From NCBI GenBank assembly GCA_964016885.1, contig OZ024740.1, forward strand, positions 19,344,001-19,408,000: a stretch of 64,000 bases of DNA, written 5' to 3'. A program made the position numbers and the translations under genes. Within the stretch, counting starts at the first letter, position 1. Every line of letters starts with the position of its first letter. Origin of the DNA: Eledone cirrhosa. Taxonomy: Eukaryota. Positions 28,782-42,100 of the stretch are shown piece by piece. The notes below the pieces were generated by a model, which did no database searches, was not told the origin of the DNA, and saw only the letters and a list, made by a program, of their open reading frames with translations.

Positions 28782-28820
28782 TGAACAAGTACTTTCATGC
28801 TTTCGCAATCTTCAGGTTCA
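28782..28820 (-). ncRNA. Minimal type I hammerhead motif, family 2, on the tubulin sense strand
   Basis: tgaac-CTGAAGA-T-TGC-gaaa-GCA-T-GAA-AGTACT-T-gttca. Helix III is the palindrome AGTACT; cleavage triplet CUU. Confidence 0.7.
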
Positions 28821-28883
28821 TAATATGTGGTGACAGTCGAGTTTGCAATTTTCAACTGTAATGAGATGGGTAAATTTCCTACC

Positions 28884-29029
28884 TTTTATACATTTTATAC
28901 AGAGAAAAGTGGCTCCAGAATGCAAAGCCCTGTAAACTGTATTTCGACCAATCAGTGTGTAGTTCCACTAAATTACTAAAGCTGATTGGTTTAAGCGTCA
29001 CGGCTGGTTGAGCATGCTAACGACCAATA
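28884..29029 (-). promoter_or_regulatory. Putative Pol II promoter motifs of the pLTR (TATA box, CCAAT boxes)
   Basis: Minus-strand TATAAAA at 28884-28890. CCAAT motifs gaccaatcag, ctgattggtt and gaccaatag lie at ~28947-29030. Confidence 0.4.
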
Positions 29030-29149
29030 GTCATATCCAACGCATCAATTGTTTTGCTATTTTTAGAAATGATGAAAATAGCATTTTCTATTAATCATCA
29101 CCATCAACATCACTTTTATTATTATTATTATTATGAACCTGAAGATTGC

Positions 29150-29186
29150 GAACCTGAAGATTGCGAAAGCATGAAAGTACTTGTTC
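29150..29186 (+). ncRNA. Minimal type I hammerhead motif, family 2, inverted copy
   Basis: gaac-CTGAAGA-TTGC-gaaa-GCAT-GAA-AGTACT-T-gttc, preceded by a 15-bp tandem duplication (gaacctgaagattgc). Confidence 0.65.
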
Positions 29187-29352
29187 AATTAACACTTAGA
29201 ATTTAATATTCTATCATACTATTTCATTATAATACCATATTATATATATTTTAAAGGATTGTAAATAAAACGAGTAAATCAGACAAAGTTGGAATTCCTC
29301 TTATTAATATAATCTTCTATACACAATCATACACACACATATATATATGTGT

Positions 29353-29396
<44 letters not shown>

Positions 29397-29397
<1 letters not shown>

Positions 29398-29652
29398 GGC
29401 GCATGGCTTAGTGGTTAGAGCATTGGGCTTTCAATCGAAAGGTTGTGAGTTCAATTCTCGGACCGGGTGATGTGTTGTTTCTTGAGCAAGACACTTTATT
29501 TCACGTTGCTTCAGTTTACTCAGCTGTAGAAATGAGATGAGGAGGTACCTGTCCGCACTGCCAGTGGGATGACGTTATCTTATGGCTAAAACAGCACGTC
29601 GTGCTGTGACCAACGACGCCGAATGGACGCCCGATAGACTGGTCGGTCAAGT

Positions 29653-29654
<2 letters not shown>
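29397..29654 (+). mobile_element. tRNA-derived CORE-like SINE
   Basis: A box TGGCTTAGTGG, B box GAGTTCAATTC, then CTTGAGCAAGACACTT...CAGTTTACTCAGCTGTAGAAATG resembling the CORE domain. It sits between (GT)n and (TA)n runs. Confidence 0.8.
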
Positions 29655-29712
<58 letters not shown>

Positions 29713-29859
29713 CGGACTTGACTGGCTAGATTTAATCAATAGTAATGTTGCATGATACAGAATTGAAAACGGAATATATATTTCTCAAATCTCTTTCTTA
29801 CATAGTTATAGCAAGTAGAGAAGTCTACCCGTTGAATAGGATCTCAACACTGGGTGTGA

Positions 29860-29969
29860 AATAGAGGCGGATATCAAAGGCCCTGGGTTGGTGACTTTCA
29901 ATATGCAGACGATATCGTCCTGTTGGAGGGATTTGAAATCAGTCAAAACAACTTGACACACCGGACTCT
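29860..29969 (+). mobile_element. Small LINE reverse transcriptase fragment
   Basis: Translates GDFQYADDIVLLE, with YADD at 29902-29913. Confidence 0.6.
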
Positions 29970-30040
29970 AAATCAGTCAAAACAACTTGACACACCGGAC
30001 TCTAAATCAGTCAAAACAACTTGACACACCGGACTCTAAA
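29936..30040. repeat. 34-bp exact tandem repeat, 3 copies
   Basis: aaatcagtcaaaacaacttgacacaccggactct three times. Confidence 0.95.
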
Positions 30041-30084
30041 GCTAAAGATGTATATCTGTTAATTTACATATTAATAGATAAAAC

Positions 30085-30802
30085 AATCGGGTATGCTGCC
30101 ACACAACCTTGAAGTGAAGAAGGACACAGGCACCATGTTTCTCAGATTTTGAAATGGGACACGTGTAGTTGTGACTGAGCTACACCCTCACATTATCTCT
30201 TCGCTGGATGTGGTAAGGAAGACATCGCATTTATACCTAGAATACCGTTATTGCCAAACAGATGTCCTAGAATACCGACAATACCAACAGATGTCCTAGA
30301 ATACCGACAATACCAACAGATGTCCTAGAATACCGACAATACCAACAGATGTCCTAGAATACCGACAATACCAACAGATGTCCTAGAATACCGACAATAC
30401 CAACAGATGTCCTAGAATACCGATAATACCAACAGATGTCCTAGAATACCGTTATTGCCAACAGATGTCCTACAATACCGCTAATACCAACAGATGTCCT
30501 ACAATACCGATAATACCAACAGATGTCCTACAATACCGATAAGACCAACAGATGTCCTACAATACTGATAAGACCAACAGATGTCCCCTTTTGTTTCAAA
30601 TGATTGTAATTTCCAGTGAGCGACAATGATTATTAACAAGTCCCAAGCTCTAATCCTGCAGGTTATTGGCCTCCATCTAGAAGATGGATATTTCTCACAT
30701 GATCAATCGTATGTAGATTATTCCAGACTAAGAAGACCTTGCAAGCTCTCCATATATGCTCCAAAGAAAGTAAAAAACATTCTATATTCTGAAGTTCTAT
30801 AA
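30085..30802 (+). mobile_element. Degraded Helitron PIF1-like helicase C-terminus
   Basis: Across frameshifts and stops: GMLPHNLEVK, NGTRVVV, FIPRIPLLP, PFCFK*L*FPV, MIINKSQ, FSHDQSYVDYSR, KNILYSEVL*. These match the Helitron helicase terminal motifs in order. Confidence 0.85.
30236..30584. repeat. 29-bp minisatellite, 12 copies, inside the Helitron fragment
   Basis: Unit cctagaataccgacaataccaacagatgt. Confidence 0.95.
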
Positions 30803-31039
30803 ATGTTTTATAATTTTAGTAGAATAAATGTTTCTACTATTTTCTTTCTTTATTATATATCGCCTTCTCTTCTGAAAATGGATTGGGGGGACAGGAAGGA
30901 AACCTCGGATTTTCCTAGCCTTGGAGATTCTTCGGTGTGAAGATTCTTCGGTGTGAAGATTCTTCGCTGTTTCAATTCATAGAAAAGCAGTTTCAACTGA
31001 AGGATATTTTGATCCATCGATATTTTGTACTGTTGCGGA

Positions 31040-31210
31040 AAGCGTTGTAAGCTTCATTCAGTGTCCCCCAATTTCCAAATCCAGTATTCCGATGAGGAGT
31101 GGCTGTGTGAAAGATCAATCCTTGCTTCCCAAAACATCACAGTGAATGTCATCAAGAAAACTTCTCACAAATGGTCCCTGGAGGTAGCCAGGCCTTTAAA
31201 TCTATCGACG
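31040..31210 (+). mobile_element. Second Helitron helicase fragment
   Basis: VSPNFQIQYSDEEWLCERSILASQNITVNVI, then in a shifted frame VPGGSQAFKSID. This matches the ERAILAP.N...YKSID region. Confidence 0.75.
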
Positions 31211-31504
31211 CTAAAATCATTGTGTATACAAATCCACACATTAACAAACACACAATCAGACACAGACACAGAAACCTCGTCGTCTCGTAACGAGGATTTA
31301 CATCGACCTAAAACTAGAAACGCAGACACCAAAAAGTAAGGAACATCACGCACCACACAAAACGCACAACAAACACAAACAATTCCACCACCACCACCAC
31401 ACACACTTGCGTTATAATGTGGCGGTATTTATATGTTTACTGGTGGGTGAGGCGGTGGGTGGTGATTTTAAGGATGGATAGGTCATTGGCTGATAAATTT
31501 TAAA

Positions 31505-31553
31505 CTTTCCTGATGATTTCCTTCGAATGAAACAGTTCTAGTCCTGTAGAAGG
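31505..31553 (+). ncRNA. Type I hammerhead ribozyme motif, family 1 copy B
   Basis: ctttc-CTGATGA-T-TTC-cttc-GAA-T-GAA-ACAG-ttctagtc-CTGT-A-gaagg. Same core as copy A with a different loop II and a different but still paired helix I. Confidence 0.75.
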
Positions 31554-31809
31554 CATTTCTATATTAAATTTTGTTATGTATATATATTTGTACTTTTGTT
31601 TGTGCCATACACACCCACGTGTTTTTATTTAATTATATATATATATGCGTGTGTGTGTGTATTTATGTGTATGTATGTTTCTCTGTGAGTTCCAGAGTGT
31701 ATGTGAGTGTGTATGTGTTTATGTGTGTATACGTGAGAGCGTTTGTATGTTTGTCGGTTTCAACACACGTTTTCAGATAAAGAATCTTGCTAAACAAATT
31801 CAGAAACGA

Positions 31810-32176
<367 letters not shown>

Positions 32177-32368
32177 CTTTTTGTATGAATACATTTCGTG
32201 GAAATGTCACCTAACACCTACTTCTAAACCAGCAACACAAAGACATATTGTTGTGTATGCAGGTGTACCTGTATGTGTGTGTATCCATGCATTTACTTGT
32301 AGATCAAATGATTCTCTATCTGTCGCCAATCTGTTGTTAAACATTTCTTCCATATCCTGTATAGACTT

Positions 32369-32700
32369 AGGGATGCAACCTGCAGTAACTCGTTCTCTGT
32401 TTCAAACTTTGTCGTCTCGACCTCAAACCCGGGCTGTCCACAGTGTGCTGGAGAGGAAGATCGTCAAATACCAGGGCCTGACCGACCGCTTTCTCTTTGT
32501 ATTGGTCTCCATTGAGACCTCGGGTGTCCTTGGTCCCCAAACTGCTGATTTCCTCTGTAAAGTCGAAAAGACGGTGGCTTGCTTGAGAAGGGAGACCCAT
32601 GAAGAGAGATAGCTGTTACTAGATGTTGCAGAGGGTGTCTCTGGCCATTCTCCGTGGTAACGCGTGGCTCGGCTGAGGTACCGCTCAGACTGGGGTCTAC
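32369..32700 (+). mobile_element. CRE-like non-LTR retrotransposon fragment (restriction-like endonuclease C-terminus)
   Basis: Across frameshifts: [45 protein letters not shown]. These are typical terminal motifs of this domain. Confidence 0.75.
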
Positions 32701-32803
32701 TGACTGTCACTTCCTTTCTTTCGCTGCTTGATTCTTCTTTCTTTTTCTCCTTTTCATTTTCCTTTTTCTTCTTCCTTTAGTAGTGTGTTTTGTTTTTATT
32801 ATA

Positions 32804-33006
32804 TACGTGGGTCGGCTGAAAAGTTCATAGGCTTCTTATGAAGAGGGTGGTGTTAGGGTTGTGAAATCGTTTATGCGTTAATTTCAACTCTTCTTATTAA
32901 TAACTGCATTGTTTCTTTCCTGGGACTATGTTGCAAAATAAACCTCATTTGGTCATTCCATGAGAGTATCTTGGTCAACCTATGAATGTTTCAGTCAAAC
33001 CTCTTA
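32804..33006. mobile_element. Tc1/mariner-like MITE, degenerate
   Basis: Imperfect TIRs tacgtgggtcggctgaaaagttcatagg and cctatgaatgtttcagtcaaactctta, with TA at both ends. Confidence 0.6.
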
Positions 33007-33156
33007 CTGCTCGGTTATTCTTTATATAATATTAATTGCTTTTCTTCGCATATTTGAGACTCCACCTGTACAATCTCCTCTTGTTGAAACATTTTATCCA
33101 TATCATGTTCTATATTATTTCTTCCTTGTTGGATTTCAGTCAATTAATTCAAATGA

Positions 33157-36100
33157 TTTCAACTGTCTTACTCTCACCTAAAACCTCTACCATGTTACCT
33201 TCTTTTTCAACTGTCTTACTCTCACCTAAATCCTCTACAATGTTACCTTCTTTTTCAACCGACTTACTCTCACCTAAAACCTCTACCATGTTACATTCTT
33301 TTTCAACTGACTTACTCTCACCTAAAACCTCTACCATGTTACTTTCTTTTTCAACTGACTTACTCTCACCTAAAACCTCTACCATGTTACCTTCTTTTTC
33401 AACTGACTTACTCTCACCTAAAACCTCTACCATGTTACCTTCTTTTTCAACTGACTTACTCTCACCTAAAACCTCTACCATGTTACGTTCATTTTCAACT
33501 GACTTACTCTCACCTAAAACCTCTACCATGTTACCTTCTTTTTCAACTGACTTAATATCACCTAAAATCTCTACCATGTTACCTTCTTTTTCAACTGTCT
33601 TACTCTCACCTAAAACCTCTACCATGTTACCTTCGTTTTAAATGACTTACTCTCACCTAAAACCTCTACCATGTTACATTCTTTTTCAACTGACTTACTC
33701 TCACCTAAAACCTCTACCATGTTACTTTCTTTTTCAACTGACTTACTCTCACCTAAAACCTCTACCATGTTACTTTCTTTTTCAACTGACTTACTCTCGC
33801 CTAATACCTCTACCATGTTACCTTCTTTTTCAACTGACTTACTCTCACCTAAAACCTCTATGTTACCTTCTTTTTCAACCCACTTACTCTCACCTAAAAC
33901 CTCTACCATGTTACCTTCTTTTTCAACTGACTTACTCTCACCTAAAACCTCTACCATGTTACCTTCTTTTTCAACTGACTTACTCTCACCTAAAACCTCT
34001 ACCATGTTACCTTCTTTTTCAACTGACTTACACTCACCTAAAACCTCTATGTTACCTTCTTTTTCAACCGACTTACACTCACCTAAAACCTCTACCATGT
34101 TACCTTCTTTTTCAACTGACTTACTCTCACCTAAAACCTCTACCATGTTACCTTCTTTTTCAACTGACTTACTCTCACCTAAAACCTCTACCATGTTACC
34201 TTCTTTTTCAACTGACTTACTCTCACCTAAAACCTCTACCATGTTACCTTCTTTTTCAACTGACTTATCCTAACCTAAAACCTCTAACATGTTACCTTCT
34301 TTTTCAACTGACTTACTATCACCTAAAATCTCTACCATGTTACCTTCTTTTTCAACTGTCTTACTCTCACCTAAAAGCTCTACCATGTTACCTTCTTTTT
34401 TAACTGACTTACTCTCACCTAAAACCTCTACCATGTTACATTCTTTTTCAACTGACTTACTCTCACCTAAAACCTCTACCATGTTAACTTCTTTTTCAAC
34501 TGTCTTACTCTCACCTAAAACCTCTACCATGTTACATTCTTTTTCAACTGACTTACTCTCACCTAAAACCTCTACCATGTTACTTTCTTTTTCAACTGAC
34601 TTACTCTCACCTAAAACCTCTACCATGTTACGTTCTTTTTCAACTGTCTTAGCCTCACCTAAAACCTCTACCATGTTACCTTCTTTTTCAACTGACTTAC
34701 CCTCACCTAAAACCCCTATGTTACCTTCTTTTTCAACCGACTTACTATCACCTAAAACCTCTACCATGTTACCTTCTTTTTCAACTGACTTACTCTCACC
34801 TAAAACCTCTACCATGTTACCATCTTTTTCAACTGACTTGCTCTCACCTAAAACCTCTACCATGTTACCTTCTTTTTCAACTGACTTACTCTCACCTAAA
34901 ACCTCTACCATGTTACCTTCTTTTTCAACTGACTTACTCTCACCTAAAACCTCTATGTTACCTTCTTTTTCAACCGACTTACTCTCACCTGAAACCTATA
35001 CCATGATACCTTCTTTTTCAACTGACTTACTCTCACCTAAAACCTCTACCATGTTACCTTCTTTTTCAACTATCTTAGCCTCACCTAAAACCTCTACCAT
35101 GTTACCTTCTTTTTCAACTGTCCTAGTCTCACCTAAAACCTCTACCATGTTACCTTCTTTTTCCACCGACTTACTCACACCTAAAACCTCTACCATTTTA
35201 CCTTCTTTTCCAACTGACTTGCTCTCACCTAAAACTTCTATGTTACCTTCTTTTTCAACTGACTTACTCTCACCTAAAACCTCTACCATGTTACCTTCTT
35301 TTTCAACTGTCCTAGTCTCACCTAAAACCTCTACCATGTTACCTTCTTTTTCAACTGACTTACTCTCACCTAAAACCTCTACCATGTTACCTTCTTTTTC
35401 AACTGTCCTAGTCTCACCTAAAACCTCTACCATGTTACCTTCTTTTTCAACTGACTTACTCTCACCTAAAACCTCTACCATGTTACCTTCTTTTTCAACT
35501 GACTTACTCTCACCTAAAACCTCTATGTTACCTTCTTTTTCAACCGACTTACTCTCACCTAAAACCTCTACCATGATACCTTCTTTTTCAACTGACTTAC
35601 TCTCACCTAAAACATCTACCATGTTACCTTCTTTTTCAACTATCTTAGCCTCACCTAAAACCTCTACCATGTTACCTTCTTTTTCAACTGTCCTAGCCTC
35701 ACCTAAAACCTCTACCATGTTAAGTTCTTTTTCAACTGACTTACTCTCACCTAAAACCTCTACCATGTTACCTTCTTTTCCAACTGACTTGCTCTCACCT
35801 AAAACTTCTATGTTACCTTCTTTTTCAACTGACTTACTCTCACCTAAAACCTCTACCATGTTACCTTCTTTTTCAACTGATTTACTCTCACCTAAAACGT
35901 CTACCATGTTACCTTCTTTTTCAACTGACTTGCTCTCACCTAAAACTTCTATGTTACCTTCTTTTTCAACTGTCTTACTCTCACCTAAAACCTCTACCAT
36001 GTTACCTTCTTTTTCAACTGACTTGCTCTCACCTAAAACTTCTATGTTACCTTCTTTTTCAACTGTCTTACTCCTCACCTAAAACCTCTACCATGTTACC

Positions 36101-39100
36101 TTCTTTTTCAACTGACTTACTATCACCTAAAACCTCTACCATGTTACCTTCTTTTTCAACTGACTTACTATCACCTAAAACCTCTACCATGTTACCTTCT
36201 TTTTCAACTGATTTACTCTCACCTAAAACCTCTACCATGTTACCTTCTTTTTCAACTGACTTACTCTCACCTAAAACCTCTATGTTACCTTCTTTTTCAA
36301 CCGACTTACTCTCACCTAAAACCTCTATCATGATACCTTCTTTTTCAACTGACTTACTCTCACCTAAAACCTCTACCATGTTACCTTCTTTTTCAACTGA
36401 CTTACTATCACCTAAAACCTCTACCATGTTACCTTCTTTTTCAACTGACTTACTCTCACCTAAAACGTCTACCATGTTACCTTCTTTTTCAACTGACTTG
36501 CTCTCACCTAAAACTTCTATGTTACCTTCTTTTTCAACTGACTTACTCTCACCTAAAACGTCTACCATGTTACCTTCTTTTTCAACTGACTTACTCTCAC
36601 CTAAAACGTCTACCATGTTACCTTCTTTTTCAACTGACTTGCTCTCACCTAAAACTTCTATGTTACCTTCTTTTTCAACTGACTTACTCTCACCTAAAAC
36701 CTCTACCATGTTACCTTCTTTTTCAACTGACTTGCTCTCACCTAAAACTTCTATGTTACCTTCTTTTTCAACTGACTTACTCTCACCTAAAACCTCTACC
36801 ATGTTACCTTCTTTTTCAACTGACTTACTCTCACCTAAAACGTCTACCATGTTACCTTCTTTTTCAACTGACTTGCTCTCACCTAAAACTTCTATGTTAC
36901 CTTCTTTTCCAACTGTCTTACTCTCACCTAAAACCTCTACCATGTTACATTCTTTTCCAACTGACTTACTCTCACCTAAAACCTCTACCATGTTACTTTC
37001 TTTTTCAACTGATTTACTCTCACCTAAAACCTCTACCATGTTACCTTCTTTTTCAACTGACTTACTCTCACCTAAAACCTCTATGTTACCTTCTTTTTCA
37101 ACCGACTTACTCTCACCTAAAACCTCTACCATGTTACTTTCTTTTTCAACTGATTTACTCTCACCTAAAACCTCTACCATGTTACATTCTTTTTCAACTG
37201 ACTTACTCTCACCTAAAACCTCTACCATGTTACCTTCTTTTTCAACTGACTTACTATCACCTAAAACCTCTACCATGTTACCTTCTTTTTCAACTGACTT
37301 ACTCTCACCTAAAACCTCTACCATGATACCTTCTTTTTCAACTGACTTACTCTCACCTAAAACCTCTACCATGTTACCTTTTTTCTCAACTGTCTTAGCC
37401 TCACCTAAAACCTCTACCATGTTACCTTCTTTTTCAACTGACTTACTCTCACCTAAAACCTCTACCATGTTACATTCTTTTTCAACTGACTTACTCTCAC
37501 CTAAAACCTCTACCATGTTACCTTCTTTTTCAACTGTCTTAGCCTCACCTAAAACCTCTACCATGTTACCTTCTTTTTCAACTGACTTACTCTCACCTAA
37601 AACCTCTACCATGTTACCTTCTTTTTCAACTGACTTACTCTCACCTAAAACCTCTACCATGTTACATTCTTTTTCAACTGACTTACTCTCACCTAAAACC
37701 TCTACCATGTTACATTCTATTTCAACTGACTTACTCTCACCTAAAACCTCTACCATGTTACCTTCTTTTTCAACTGACTTACTCTCACCTAAAACCTCTA
37801 CCATGTTACCTTCTTTTTCAACTGTCTTAGCCTCACCTAAAACCTCTACCATGTTACCTTCTTTTTCAACTGACTTACTCTCACCTAAAACCTCTACCAT
37901 GTTACATTCTTTTTCAACTGACTTACTCTCACCTAAAACCTCTACCATGTTACCTTCTTTTTCAACTGTCTTAGCCTCACCTAAAACCTCTACCATGTTA
38001 CCTTCTTTTTCAACTGACTTACTCTCACCTAAAACCTCTACCATGTTACCTTCTTTTTCAACTGACTTACTCTCACCTAAAACCTCTACCATGTTACATT
38101 CTTTTTCAACTGACTTACTCTCACCTAAAACCTCTACCATGTTACATTCTATTTCAACTGACTTACTCTCACCTAAAACCTCTACCATGTTACCTTCTTT
38201 TTTAACTGACTTACACTCACCTAAAACCTCTACCATGTTACCTTCTTTTTCAACTGACTTACTATCACCTAAAACCTCTACCATGTTACCTTCTTTTTCA
38301 ACTGACTTACTCTCACCTAAAACCTCTACCATGATACCTTCTTTTTCAACTGACTTACTCTCACCTAAAACCTCTACCATGTTACCTTCTTTTTCAACTG
38401 TCTTAGCCTCACCTAAAACCTCTACCATGTTACCTTCTTTTTCAACTGACTTACTCTCACCTAAAACCTCTACCATGTTACCTTCTTTTTCAACTGACTT
38501 ACTCTCACCTAAAACCTCTACCATGTTACATTCTATTTCAACTGACTTACTCTCACCTAAAACCTCTACCATGTTACCTTCTTTTCCAACTGTCTTACTC
38601 TCACCTAAAACCTCTACCATGTTACATTCTTTTTCAACCGACTTACTCTCACCTAAAACCTCTACCATGTTACCTTCTTTTTCAACTGACTTACACTCAC
38701 ATAAAACCTCTATGTTACCTTCTTTTTCAACCTACTTACACTCACCTAAAACCTCTACCATGTTACCTTCTTTTTCAACTGACTTACTCTAACCTAAAAC
38801 CTCTACCATGTTACCTTCTTTTTCAACTGACTTACTCTCACCTAAAACCTCTATGTTACCTTCTTTTTTAACCGACTTACTCTCACCTAAAACCTCTACC
38901 ATGTTACCTTCTTTTCCAACTGTCCTAGCCTCACCAAAAACCTCTACCATGTTACCTTCTTTTCAACTGACTTACTTTCACCTAAAACGTTTACCATGTT
39001 ACCTTCTTTTTCAACTGACTTACTCTCACCTAAAACCTCTATGTTACCTTCTTTTTCAACCGACTTACTCTCACCTAAAACCTCTACCATGTTACCTTCT

Positions 39101-42100
39101 TTTTCAACTGACTTACTCTCACCTAAAACCTCTACCATGTTACCTTCTTTTTCAACTGACTTACTCTCACCTAAAACCTCCACCATGTTACCTTCTTTTT
39201 CAACTGACTTACTCTCACCTAAAACCTCTACCATGTTACCTTCTTTTTCAACTGACTTACTCTCACCTAAAACCTCTGTGTTACCTTCTTTTTCAACCGA
39301 CTTACTCTCACCTAAAACCTCGGCCATGTTACCTTCTTTTTCAACTGACTTACTCTCACCTAAAACCTCTACCATCTTACCTTCATTTTCAACTGACTTA
39401 CTCTCACCTAAGACCTCTACCATGTTACCTTCTTTTTCAACTGACTTACTCTCATCTAAAACCTCTACCATGTTACCTTCTTTTTCAACTGACTTACTCT
39501 CAGCTAAAACCTCTACCATGTTACCTTCTTTTTCAACTGACTTACTCTCACCTAAAACCTCTGTGTTACCTTCTTTTTCAACCGACTTACTCTCACCTAA
39601 AACCTCGGCCATGTTACCTTCTTTTTCAACTGACTTACTCTCACCTAAGACCTCTACCATGTTACCTTCTTTTTCAACTGTCTTAGCCTCACCTAAAACC
39701 TCTACCATGTTACCTTCTTTTTCAACTGACTTACTCTCACCTAAAACCTCTATGTTACCTTCTTTTTCAACCGACTTACTATCACCTAAAACCTCTACCA
39801 TGTTACCTTCTTTTTCAACTGACTTACTCTCACCTAAAACCTCTACCATGTTACCATCTTTTTCAACTGACTTACTCTCACCTAAAACCTCTACCATGTT
39901 ACCTTCTTTTTCAACTGACTTACTCTCACCTAAAACCTCTACCATGTTACCTTCAGTTTCAACTGACTTACTCTCACCTAAAACCTCTATGTTACCTTCT
40001 TTTTCAACCGACTTACTCTCACCTAAAACCTCTACCATGATACCTTCTTTTTCAACTGACTTACTCTCACCTAAATCATCTACCATGTTACCTTCTTTTT
40101 CAACTATCTTACCTCACCTAAAACCTCTACCATGTTACCTTCTTTTTCAACTGTCCTAGCCTCACCTAAAACCTCTACCATGTTAAGTTCTTTTTCAACT
40201 GACTTACTCTCACCTAAAAAGTCTACCATGTTACCTTCTTTTTCAACTGACTTGCTCTCACCTAAAACCTCTATGTTACCTTCTTTTTCAACTGACTTAC
40301 TCTCACCTAATACCTCTACCATGTTACCTTCTTTTTCAACCGACTTACTCTCACCTAATACCTCTACCATGTTACCTTCTTTTTCAACTGACTTACTCTC
40401 ACCTAAAACCTCTACCATGTTACCTTCTTTTTCAACCGACTTACTCTCACCTAAAACCTCTACCATGTTACATTCTTTTTTAACTGACTTACTCTCACCT
40501 AAAACCTCTACCATGTTACCTTCTTTTTCAACTGACTTACTCTCACCTAAAACCTCTATGTTACCTTCTTTTTCAACCGACTTACTCTCACCTAAAACCT
40601 CTACCATGATACCTTCTTTTTCAACTGACTTACTCTCACCTAAAACCTCTACCATGTTACCTTCTTTTTCAACTGACTTACTCTCACCTAAAACCTCTAC
40701 CATGTTACCTTCTTTTTCAACTGACTTACTCTCACCTAAAACCTCTACCATGTTACCTTCTTTTTCAACTGACTTACTCTCACCTAAAACCTCTATGTTA
40801 CCTTCTTTTTCAACTGACTTACTCTCACCTAAAACCTCTACCATGTTACCTTCTTTTTCAACCGACTTACTCTCACCTAATACCTCTACCATGTTACCTT
40901 CTTTTTCAACTGTCTTACTCTCACCTAAAACCTCTACCATGTTACCTTCTTTTTCAACTGACTTACTCTCACCTAAAACCTCTACCATGTTACCTTCTTT
41001 TTCAACTGTCTTACTCTCACCTAAAACCTCTACCATGTTACATTCTTTTCCAACTGACTTACTCTCACCTAAAACCTCTACCATGTTACCTTCTTTTTCA
41101 ACTGTCCTAGCCTCACCTAAAACCTCTACCATGTTAAGTTCTTTTTCAACTGACTTACTCTCACCTAAAACCTCTATGTTACCTTCTTTTTCAACCGACT
41201 TACTCTCACCTAAAACCTCTACCATGTTACCTTCTTTTTCAACTGACTTACTCTCACCTAAAACCTCTACCATGTTACCTTCTTTTTCAACTGACTTACT
41301 CTCACCTAAAACCTCTACCATCTTACCTTCATTTTCAACTGACTTACTCTCACCTAAGACCTCTACCATGTTACCTTCTTTTTCAACTGACTTACTATCA
41401 CCTAAAATCTCTACCATGTTACCTTCTTTTTCAAATGTCTTACTCTCACCTAAAAGCTCTACCATGTTACCTTCTTTTTTAACTGACTTACTCTCACCTA
41501 AAACCTCTACCATGTTACATTCTTTTTTAACTGACTTACTCTCACCTAAAACCTCTACCATGTTACCTTCTTTTTCAACTGACTTACTCTCACCTAAAAC
41601 CTCTATGTTACCTTCTTTTTCAACCGACTTACTCTCACCTAAAACCTCTACCATGATACCTTCTTTTTCAACTGACTTACTCTCACCTAAAACCTCTACC
41701 ATGTTACCTTCTTTTTCAACTGACTTACTCTCACCTAAAACCTCTACCATGTTACCTTCTTTTTCAACTGACTTACTCTCACCTAAAACCTCTACCATGT
41801 TACCTTCTTTTTCAACTGACTTACTCTCACCTAAAACCTCTACCATGTTACCTTCTTTTTCAACTGACTTACTCTCACCTAAAACCTCTACCATGTTACC
41901 TTCTTTTTTAACTGACTTACTCTCACCTAAAACCTCTACCATGTTACCTTCTTTTTCAACTGACTTACACTCACCTAAAACCTCTATGTTACCTTCTTTT
42001 TCAACCTACTTACACTCACCTAAAACCTCTACCATGTTACCTTCTTTTTCAACTGACTTACTCTCACCTAAAACCTCTACCATGTTACCTTCTTTTTTAA

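Noticed and set aside
29397-29470. tRNA gene
   Set aside because: A and B boxes are present, but the acceptor stem does not pair cleanly and the sequence runs into a CORE-like SINE body.
31272-31317. Hairpin plus CTAG as a Helitron 3' terminus
   Set aside because: The stem is short, the spacing to CTAG is longer than typical, the next base is A rather than T, and it follows an internal fragment.
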